64,000 nt of DNA from the human T2T-CHM13v2.0 reference genome, Homo sapiens, in assembly GCF_009914755.1 (NCBI RefSeq), contig NC_060940.1. One strand, written 5' to 3'. This document shows positions 22,601-33,760 of this stretch, piece by piece. Numbering within the stretch: the first letter of the stretch is position 1; every line of letters begins with the position of its first letter. The notes under the pieces were generated by a model that saw only the letters and a list, made by a program, of their open reading frames with translations, was not told where the DNA came from and did no database searches. A program made the translations under genes and the position numbers.

Positions 22601-25600
22601 CAGTTTGGAAACACTCTGTTTGTAAAGTCTGCAAGTGGATATCTTGGCCTCTTAGAGGCCTTTGTTGGAAACGGGTTTTTTCATGTAAGGTTAGACAGAG
22701 GAATTCCCAGTAACTTCCTTGTGTTGTGTGCATTCAACTCACAGAGTTGAATGATTCTTTACACAGAGCAGATTTGAGACACTCTTTTGGTGGAATTTGT
22801 TAGTGGAGAATTCAGCCGCTTTGAGGTCAACGGTAGAAAAGGAAATATCTTCGTATAAAAACTAGACAGATTGATTCTCAGAAACTGTTTTGTGATGTGT
22901 GCGTTCAACTCACAGAGTTTAACCTTTCTTTTCAAAGAGCAGTTAGGAAACACTCTGTTTGTAAAGTCTGCAAGTGGATATTCAGACCTCTTTGAGGCCT
23001 TCGTTGGAAACGGGATTTCTTCATATTATGCTAGACAGATGAATTCTCAGTAACTTCCTTGTGTTGTGTGTATTCAACTCACAGAGTTGAACGATCCTTT
23101 ACACAGAGCAGATTTGAAACACTGTTTTTCTGGAATTTGCAAGTGGAGATTTCAGCCGCTTTGAGGTCAATGGTAGAAAAAGAAATATCTTCGTATAAAA
23201 ACTAGACAGAATGATTCTCAGAAACTCCTTTGTGATGTGTGCGTTCAACTCACAGAGTTTAACCTTTCTTTTCACAGAGCAGTTAGGAAACACTCTGTTT
23301 GTGAAGCCTGCCAGTGGATATTCGGACCTCTTTGAGGCCTTCGTTGGAAACGGGATTTCTTCATATTATGCTAGACAGAAGATTTCTCAGTAACTTCTTT
23401 GTGTTGTGTGTATGCAACTCACAGAGTTCAACCTTCCTTTAGACAGAGCAGATTTGAAACACTCTTTTTGTGGAATTTGCAAGTGGAGATTTCAAGCGCT
23501 TCGATGCCAATGGTAGAAAAGGAAATATCTTCGTATAAAAACAAGACAAACTCGTTCTCAGACACTGCGTAGTGATGTGTGTGTTTAACTCACAGAGTTT
23601 CACCTTTCTTTTCATACAGCATTCTGGAAACCCTCTGTTTGTAAAGTCTGCAAGTGGATATTTGGACCTCTTAGATGCCTTCGTTGGAAACGGGATTTCT
23701 TCATATAATGCTAGAGGGAAGAATTCTTAGTAACTTCTTTGTGTTGTGTGTATTCAACTGACAGAGTTGAACCTTCCTTTAGACAGAGCAGATTTGAAAG
23801 TCTCTTTTTGTGGAATTTGCAAGTGGAGATTTCAAGTGCTTTGAGGCCAAAAGCAGAAAAGGAAATATTTTCCTATAAAAACTAGACAGAATCATTCTCA
23901 GAAACTGCTCTGTGATGTGTGTGTTCAACTCACAGAGTTTAACTTTCTTTTCATTCAGCAGTTTGGAAACACTCTGTTTGGAAAGTCTGCACGTGGATAT
24001 TTTGACCTCTTTGAGGCCTTCGTTGGAAACGGGTTTTTTTCATGTAAGGCTAGACAGAAGAAATCTCAGTAACTTCCTTGTGTTGTGTGTATTCAACTGA
24101 CAGAGTTGAACCTTCCTTTAGACAGAGCAGATTCGAAACACTCTTTTTCTGCAATTTGCAAGTGGAGACTTCAAGCGCTTTGAGGCCAAAGGCAGAAAAC
24201 GAAATATCTTCGTATAAAAACCCGACAGAATCATTGTCAGAAACTGCTCTGTGATGTGTGCGTTCAACTCACAGAGTTTAACTTTTCTTTTCATTCAGCA
24301 GTTTGGAAACACTCTGTTTGTAAAGTCTGCAAGTGGATATCTTGGCCTCTTAGAGGCCTTCGTTGGAAACGGGTTTTTTCATGTAAGGTTAGACAGAGGA
24401 ATTCCCAGTAACTTCCTTGTGTTGTGTGCATTCAACTCACAGAGTTGAATGATTCTTTACACAGAGCAGATTTGAGACACTCTTTTGGTGGAATTTGTTA
24501 GTGGAGAATTCAGCCGCTTTGAGGTCAACGGTAGAAAAGGAAATATCTTCGTATAAAAACTAGACAGAATGATTCTCAGAAACTGTTTTGTGATGTGTGC
24601 GTTCAACTCACAGAGTTTAACCTTTCTTTTCAAAGAGCAGTTAGGAAACACTCTGTTTGTAAAGTCTGCAAGTGGATATTCAGACCTCTTTGAGGCCTTC
24701 GTTGGAAACGGGATTTCTTCATATTATGCTAGACAGATGAATTCTCAGTAACTTCCTTGTGTTGTGTGTATTCAACTCACAGAGTTGAACGATCCTTTAC
24801 ACAGAGCAGATTTGAAACACTGTTTTTCTGGAATTTGCAAGTGGAGATTTCAGCCGCTTTGAGGTCAATGGTAGAAAAAGAAATATCTTCGTATAAAAAC
24901 TAGACAGAATGATTCTCAGAAACTCCTTTGTGATGTGTGCGTTCAACTCACAGAGTTTAACCTTTCTTTTCACAGAGCAGTTAGGAAACACTCTGTTTGT
25001 GAAGCCTGCCAGTGGATATTCGGACCTCTTTGAGGCCTTCGTTGGAAACGGGATTTCTTCATATTATGCTAGACAGAAGATTTCTCAGTAACTTCTTTGT
25101 GTTGTGTGTATGCAACTCACAGAGTTCAACCTTCCTTTAGACAGAGCAGATTTGAAACACTCTTTTTGTGGAATTTGCAAGTGGAGATTTCAAGCGCTTC
25201 GATGCCAATGGTAGAAAAGGAAATATCTTCGTATAAAAACAAGACAAACTCGTTCTCAGACACTGCGTAGTGATGTGTGTGTTTAACTCACAGAGTTTCA
25301 CCTTTCTTTTCATACAGCATTCTGGAAACCCTCTGTTTGTAAAGTCTGCAAGTGGATATTTGGACCTCTTAGATGCCTTCGTTGGAAACGGGATTTCTTC
25401 ATATAATGCTAGAGGGAAGAATTCTTAGTAACTTCTTTGTGTTGTGTGTATTCAACTGACAGAGTTGAACCTTCCTTTAGACAGAGCAGATTTGAAAGTC
25501 TCTTTTTGTGGAATTTGCAAGTGGAGATTTCAAGTGCTTTGAGGCCAAAAGCAGAAAAGGAAATATTTTCCTATAAAAACTAGACAGAATCATTCTCAGA

Positions 25601-28600
25601 AACTGCTCTGTGATGTGTGTGTTCAACTCACAGAGTTTAACTTTCTTTTCATTCAGCAGTTTGGAAACACTCTGTTTGGAAAGTCTGCACGTGGATATTT
25701 TGACCTCTTTGAGGCCTTCGTTGGAAACGGGTTTTTTTCATGTAAGGCTAGACAGAAGAAATCTCAGTAACTTCCTTGTGTTGTGTGTATTCAACTGACA
25801 GAGTTGAACCTTCCTTTAGACAGAGCAGATTCGAAACACTCTTTTTCTGCAATTTGCAAGTGGAGACTTCAAGCGCTTTGAGGCCAAAGGCAGAAAACGA
25901 AATATCTTCGTATAAAAACCCGACAGAATCATTGTCAGAAACTGCTCTGTGATGTGTGCGTTCAACTCACAGAGTTTAACTTTTCTTTTCATTCAGCAGT
26001 TTGGAAACACTCTGTTTGTAAAGTCTGCAAGTGGATATCTTGGCCTCTTAGAGGCCTTCGTTGGAAACGGGTTTTTTCATGTAAGGTTAGACAGAGGAAT
26101 TCCCAGTAACTTCCTTGTGTTGTGTGCATTCAACTCACAGAGTTGAATGATTCTTTACACAGAGCAGATTTGAGACACTCTTTTGGTGGAATTTGTTAGT
26201 GGAGAATTCAGCCGCTTTGAGGTCAACGGTAGAAAAGGAAATATCTTCGTATAAAAACTAGACAGAATGATTCTCAGAAACTGTTTTGTGATGTGTGCGT
26301 TCAACTCACAGAGTTTAACCTTTCTTTTCAAAGAGCAGTTAGGAAACACTCTGTTTGTAAAGTCTGCAAGTGGATATTCAGACCTCTTTGAGGCCTTCGT
26401 TGGAAACGGGATTTCTTCATATTATGCTAGACAGATGAATTCTCAGTAACTTCCTTGTGTTGTGTGTATTCAACTCACAGAGTTGAACGATCCTTTACAC
26501 AGAGCAGATTTGAAACACTGTTTTTCTGGAATTTGCAAGTGGAGATTTCAGCCGCTTTGAGGTCAATGGTAGAAAAAGAAATATCTTCGTATAAAAACTA
26601 GACAGAATGATTCTCAGAAACTCCTTTGTGATGTGTGCGTTCAACTCACAGAGTTTAACCTTTCTTTTCACAGAGCAGTTAGGAAACACTCTGTTTGTGA
26701 AGCCTGCCAGTGGATATTCGGACCTCTTTGAGGCCTTCGTTGGAAACGGGATTTCTTCATATTATGCTAGACAGAAGATTTCTCAGTAACTTCTTTGTGT
26801 TGTGTGTATGCAACTCACAGAGTTCAACCTTCCTTTAGACAGAGCAGATTTGAAACACTCTTTTTGTGGAATTTCCAAGTGGAGATTTCAAGCGCTTCGA
26901 TGCCAATGGTAGAAAAGGAAATATCTTCGTATAAAAACAAGACAAACTCGTTCTCAGACACTGCGTAGTGATGTGTGTGTTTAACTCACAGAGTTTCACC
27001 TTTCTTTTCATACAGCATTCTGGAAACCCTCTGTTTGTAAAGTCTGCAAGTGGATATTTGGACCTCTTAGATGCCTTCGTTGGAAACGGGATTTCTTCAT
27101 ATAATGCTAGAGGGAAGAATTCTTAGTAACTTCTTTGTGTTGTGTGTATTCAACTGACAGAGTTGAACCTTCCTTTAGACAGAGCAGATTTGAAAGTCTC
27201 TTTTTGTGGAATTTGCAAGTGGAGATTTCAAGTGCTTTGAGGCCAAAAGCAGAAAAGGAAATATTTTCCTATAAAAACTAGACAGAATCATTCTCAGAAA
27301 CTGCTCTGTGATGTGTGTGTTCAACTCACAGAGTTTAACTTTCTTTTCATTCAGCAGTTTGGAAACACTCTGTTTGGAAAGTCTGCACGTGGATATTTTG
27401 ACCTCTTTGAGGCCTTCGTTGGAAACGGGTTTTTTTCATGTAAGGCTAGACAGAAGAAATCTCAGTAACTTCCTTGTGTTGTGTGTATTCAACTGACAGA
27501 TTTGAACCTTCCTTTAGACAGAGCAGATTCGAAACACTCTTTTTCTGCAATTTGCAAGTGGAGACTTCAAGCGCTTTGAGGCCAAAGGCAGAAAAGGAAA
27601 TATCTTCGTATAAAAACCCGACAGAATCATTGTCAGAAACTGCTCTGTGATGTGTGCGTTCAACTCACAGAGTTTAACTTTTCTTTTCATTCAGCAGTTT
27701 GGAAACACTCTGTTTGTAAAGTCTGCAAGTGGATATCTTGGCCTCTTAGAGGCCTTCGTTGGAAACGGGTTTTTTCATGTAAGGTTAGACAGAGGAATTC
27801 CCAGTAACTTCCTTGTGTTGTGTGCATTCAACTCACAGAGTTGAATGATTCTTTACACAGAGCAGATTTGAGACACTCTTTTGGTGGAATTTGTTAGTGG
27901 AGAATTCAGCCGCTTTGAGGTCAACGGTAGAAAAGGAAATATCTTCGTATAAAAACTAGACAGAATGATTCTCAGAAACTGTTTTGTGATGTGTGCGTTC
28001 AACTCACAGAGTTTAACCTTTCTTTTCAAAGAGCAGTTAGGAAACACTCTGTTTGTAAAGTCTGCAAGTGGATATTCAGACCTCTTTGAGGCCTTCGTTG
28101 GAAACGGGATTTCTTCATATTATGCTAGACAGATGAATTCTCAGTAACTTCCTTGTGTTGTGTGTATTCAACTCACAGAGTTGAACGATCCTTTACACAG
28201 AGCAGATTTGAAACACTGTTTTTCTGGAATTTGCAAGTGGAGATTTCAGCCGCTTTGAGGTCAATGGTAGAAAAAGAAATATCTTCGTATAAAAACTAGA
28301 CAGAGTGATTCTCAGAAACTCCTTTGTGATGTGTGCGTTCAACTCACAGAGTTTAACCTTTCTTTTCACAGAGCAGTTAGGAAACACTCTGTTTGTGAAG
28401 CCTGCCAGTGGATATTCGGACCTCTTTGAGGCCTTCGTTGGAAACGGGATTTCTTCATATTATGCTAGACAGAAGATTTCTCAGTAACTTCTTTGTGTTG
28501 TGTGTATGCAACTCACAGAGTTCAACCTTCCTTTAGACAGAGCAGATTTGAAACACTCTTTTTGTGGAATTTGCAAGTGGAGATTTCAAGCGCTTCGATG

Positions 28601-31600
28601 CCAATGGTAGAAAAGGAAATATCTTCGTATAAAAACAAGACAAACTCGTTCCCAGACACTGCGTAGTGATGTGTGTGTTTAACTCACAGAGTTTAACCTT
28701 CCTTTTCATACAACATTCTGGAAACCCTCTGTTTGTAAAGTCTGCAAGTGGATATTTGGACCTCTTAGATGCCTTCGTTGGAAACGGGATTTCTTCATAT
28801 AATGCTAGAGGGAAGAATTCTTAGTAACTTCTTTGTGTTGTGTGTATTCAACTGACAGAGTTGAACCTTCGTTTAGACAGAGCAGATTTGAAAGTCTCTT
28901 TTTGTGGAATTTGCAAGTGGAGATTTCAAGCGCTTTGAGGCCAAAAGCAGAAAAGGAAATATTTTCCTATAAAAACTAGACAGAATCATTCTCAGAAACT
29001 GCTCTGTGATGTGTGTGTTCAACTCACAGAGTTTAACTTTCTTTTCATTCAGCAGTTTGGAAACACTCTGTTTGGAAAGTCTGCACGTGGATATTTTGAC
29101 CTCTTTGAGGCCTTCGTTGGAAACGGGTTTTTTTCATGTAAGGCTAGACAGAAGAAATCTCAGTAACTTCCTTGTGTTGTGTGTATTCAACTGACAGAGT
29201 TGAACCTTCCTTTAGACAGAGCAGATTCGAAACACTCTTTTTCTGCAATTTGCAAGTGGAGACTTCAAGCGCTTTGAGGCCAAAGGCAGAAAAGGAAATA
29301 TCTTCGTATAAAAACCCGACAGAATCATTCTCAGAAACTGCTCTGTGATGTGTGCGTTCAACTCACAGAGTTTAACTTTTCTTTTCATTCAGCAGTTTGG
29401 AAACACTCTGTTTGTAAAGTCTGCAAGTGGATATCTTGGCCTCTTAGAGGCCTTCGTTGGAAACGGGTTTTTTCATGTAAGGTTAGACAGAGGAATTCCC
29501 AGTAACTTCCTTGTGTTGTGTGCATTCAACTCACAGAGTTGAATGATTCTTTACACAGAGCAGATTTGAGACACTCTTTTGGTGGAATTTGTTAGTGGAG
29601 AATTCAGCCGCTTTGAGGTCAACGGTAGAAAAGGAAATATCTTCGTATAAAAACTAGACAGAATGATTCTCAGAAACTGTTTTGTGATGTGTGCGTTCAA
29701 CTCACAGAGTTTAACCTTTCTTTTCAAAGAGCAGTTAGGAAACACTCTGTTTGTAAAGTCTGCAAGTGGATATTCAGACCTCTTTGAGGCCTTCGTTGGA
29801 AACGGGATTTCTTCATATTATGCTAGACAGATGAATTCTCAGTAACTTCCTTGTGTTGTGTGTATTCAACTCACAGAGTTGAACGATCCTTTACACAGAG
29901 CAGATTTGAAACACTGTTTTTCTGGAATTTGCAAGTGGAGATTTCAGCCGCTTTGAGGTCAATGGTAGAAAAAGAAATATCTTCGTATAAAAACTAGACA
30001 GAATGATTCTCAGAAACTCCTTTGTGATGTGTGCGTTCAACTCACAGAGTTTAACCTTTCTTTTCACAGAGCAGTTAGGAAACACTCTGTTTGTGAAGCC
30101 TGCCAGTGGATATTCGGACCTCTTTGAGGCCTTCGTTGGAAACGGGATTTCTTCATATTATGCTAGACAGAAGATTTCTCAGTAACTTCTTTGTGTTGTG
30201 TGTATGCAACTCACAGAGTTCAACCTTCCTTTAGACAGAGCAGATTTGAAACACTCTTTTTGTGGAATTTGCAAGTGGAGATTTCAAGCGCTTCGATGCC
30301 AATGGTAGAAAAGGAAATATCTTCGTATAAAAACAAGACAAACTCGTTCCCAGACACTGCGTAGTGATGTGTGTGTTTAACTCACAGAGTTTAACCTTTC
30401 TTTTCATACAACATTCTGGAAACCCTCTGTTTGTAAAGTCTGGAAGTGGATATTTGGACCTCTTAGATGCCTTCGTTGGAAACGGGATTTCTTCATATAA
30501 TGCTAGAGGGAAGAATTCTTAGTAACTTCTTTGTGTTGTGTGTATTCAACTGACAGAGTTGAACCTTCGTTTAGACAGAGCAGATTTGAAAGTCTCTTTT
30601 TGTGGAATTTGCAAGTGGAGATTTCAAGCGCTTTGAGGCCAAAAGCAGAAAAGGAAATATTTTCCTATAAAAACTAGACAGAATCATTCTCAGAAACTGC
30701 TCTGTGATGTGTGTGTTCAACTCACAGAGTTTAACTTTCTTTTCATTCAGCAGTTTGGAAACACTCTGTTTGGAAAGTCTTCACGTGGATATTTTGACCT
30801 CTTTGAGGCCTTCGTTGGAAACGGGTTTTTTTCATGTAAGGCTAGACAGAAGAAATCTCAGTAACTTCCTTGTGTTGTGTGTATTCAACTGACAGAGTTG
30901 AACCTTCCTTTAGACAGAGCAGATTCGAAACACTCTTTTTCTGCAATTTGCAAGTGGAGACTTCAAGCGCTTTGAGGCCAAAGGCAGAAAAGGAAATATC
31001 TTCGTATAAAAACCCGACAGAATCATTCTCAGAAACTGCTCTGTGATGTGTGCGTTCAACTCACAGAGTTTAACTTTTCTTTTCATTCAGCAGTTTGGAA
31101 ACACTCTGTTTGTAAAGTCTGCAAGTGGATATCTTGGCCTCTTAGAGGCCTTCGTTGGAAACGGGTTTTTTCATGTAAGGTTAGACAGAGGAATTCCCAG
31201 TAACTTCCTTGTGTTGTGTGCATTCAACTCACAGAGTTGAATGATTCTTTACACAGAGCAGATTTGAGACACTCTTTTGGTGGAATTTGTTAGTGGAGAA
31301 TTCAGCCGCTTTGAGGTCAACGGTAGAAAAGGAAATATCTTCGTATAAAAACTAGACAGAATGATTCTCAGAAACTGTTTTGTGATGTGTGCGTTCAACT
31401 CACAGAGTTTAACCTTTCTTTTCAAAGAGCAGTTAGGAAACACTCTGTTTGTAAAGTCTGCAAGTGGATATTCAGACCTCTTTGAGGCCTTCGTTGGAAA
31501 CGGGATTTCTTCATATTATGCTAGACAGATGAATTCTCAGTAACTTCCTTGTGTTGTGTGTATTCAACTCACAGAGTTGAACGATCCTTTACACAGAGCA

Positions 31601-32741
31601 GATTTGAAACACTGTTTTTCTGGAATTTGCAAGTGGAGATTTCAGCCGCTTTGAGGTCAATGGTAGAAAAAGAAATATCTTCGTATAAAAACTAGACAGA
31701 ATGATTCTCAGAAACTCCTTTGTGATGTGTGCGTTCAACTCACAGAGTTTAACCTTTCTTTTCACAGAGCAGTTAGGAAACACTCTGTTTGTGAAGCCTG
31801 CCAGTGGATATTCGGACCTCTTTGAGGCCTTCGTTGGAAACGGGATTTCTTCATATTATGCTAGACAGAAGATTTCTCAGTAACTTCTTTGTGTTGTGTG
31901 TATGCAACTCACAGAGTTCAACCTTCCTTTAGACAGAGCAGATTTGAAACACTCTTTTTGTGGAATTTGCAAGTGGAGATTTCAAGCGCTTCGATGCCAA
32001 TGGTAGAAAAGGAAATATCTTCGTATAAAAACAAGACAAACTCGTTCCCAGACACTGCGTAGTGATGTGTGTGTTTAACTCACAGAGTTTCACCTTTCTT
32101 TTCATACAGCATTCTGGAAACCCTCTGTTTGTAAAGTCTGCAAGTGGATATTTGGACCTCTTAGATGCCTTCGTTGGAAACGGGATTTCTTCATATAATG
32201 CTAGAGGGAAGAATTCTTAGTAACTTCTTTGTGTTGTGTGTATTCAACTGACAGAGTTGAACCTTCCTTTAGACAGAGCAGATTTGAAAGTCTCTTTTTG
32301 TGGAATTTGCAAGTGGAGATTTCAAGCGCTTTGAGGCCAAAAGCAGAAAAGGAAATATTTTCCTATAAAAACTAGACAGAATCTTTCTCAGAAACTGCTC
32401 TGGGATGTGTGCGTTCAACTCACAGAGTTTAACTTTTCTTTTCATTCAGCAGTTTGGAAACACTCTGTTTGGAAAGTCTGCACGTGGATATTTTGACCTC
32501 TTTGAGGCCTTCGTTGGAAACGGGTTTTTTTCATGTAACGCTAGACAGAAGAAATCTCAGTAACTTCCTTGTGTTGTGTGTATTCAACTGACAGAGTTGA
32601 ACCTTCCTTTAGACAGAGCAGATTCGAAACACTCTTTTTCTGCAATTTGCAAGTGGAGACTTCAAGCGCTTTGAGGCCAAAGGCAGAAAAGGAAATATCT
32701 TCGTATAAAAACCCGACAGAATCATTCTCAGAAACTGCTCT

Positions 32742-33760
32742 GTGATGTGTGCGTTCAACTCACAGAGTTTAACTTTTCTTTTCATTCAGCAGTTTGGAAA
32801 CACTCTGTTTGTAAAGTCTGCAAGTGGATATCTTGGCCTCTTAGAGGCCTTCGTTGGAAACGGGTTTTTTCATGTAAGGTTAGACAGAGGAATTCCCAGT
32901 AACTTCCTTGTGTTGTGTGCATTCAACTCACAGAGTTGAATGATTCTTTACACAGAGCAGATTTGAGACACTCTTTTGGTGGAATTTGTAAGTGGAGAAT
33001 TCAGCTGCTTTGAGGTCAACGGTAGAAAAGGAAATATCTTCGTATAAAAACTAGACAGAATGATTCTCAGAAACTGTTTTGTGATGTGTGCGTTCAACTC
33101 ACAGAGTTTAACCTTTCTTTTCAAAGAGCAGTTAGGAAACACTCTGTTTGTAAAGTCTGCAAGTGGATATTCAGACCTCTTTGAGGCCTTCGTTGGAAAC
33201 GGGATTTCTTCATATTATGCTAGACAGATGAATTCTCAGTAACTTCCTTGTGTTGTGTGTATTCAACTCACAGAGTTGAACGATCCTTTACACAGAGCAG
33301 ATTTGAAACACTGTTTTTCTGGAATTTGCAAGTGGAGATTTCAGCTGCTTTGAGGTCAATGGTAGAAAAGGAAATATCTTCGTATAAAAACTAGACAGAA
33401 TGATTCTCAGAAACTCCTTTGTGATGTGTGCGTTCAACTCACAGAGTTTAACCTTTCTTTTCACAGAGCAGTTAGGAAACACTCTGTTTGTGAAGCCTGC
33501 CAGTGGATATTCGGACCTCTTTGAGGCCTTCGTTGGAAACGGGATTTCTTCATATTATGCTAGACAGAAGATTTCTCAGTAACTTCTTTGTGTTGTGTGT
33601 ATGCAACATACAGAGTTCAACCTTCCTTTAGACAGAGCAGATTTGAAACACTCTTTTTGTGGAATTTGCAAGTGGAGATTTCAAGCGCTTTGAGGCCAAA
33701 AGCAGAAAAGGAAATATTTTCCTATAAAAACTAGACAGAATCTTTCTCAGAAACTGCTCT
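32742..33760 (+). repeat. 6-mer HOR structural variant #1 (1019 bp)
   Basis: m4 register jumps 32742->33761. m10, m2 and m3 diagnostic motifs are absent. Hybrid m9/m1 monomer at ~33590-33745. Confidence 0.93.

Larger units (their letters stand above)
475..32741 (+). repeat. Run of 19 consecutive full-length 10-mer HORs with no length variants
   Basis: m4 register positions 475, 2174, 3872, 5570, 7268, 8966, 10664, 12362, 14060, 15759, 17457, 19156, 20854, 22553, 24251, 25949, 27647, 29345, 31043, 32742 are all 1698 or 1699 bp apart. Confidence 0.95.
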
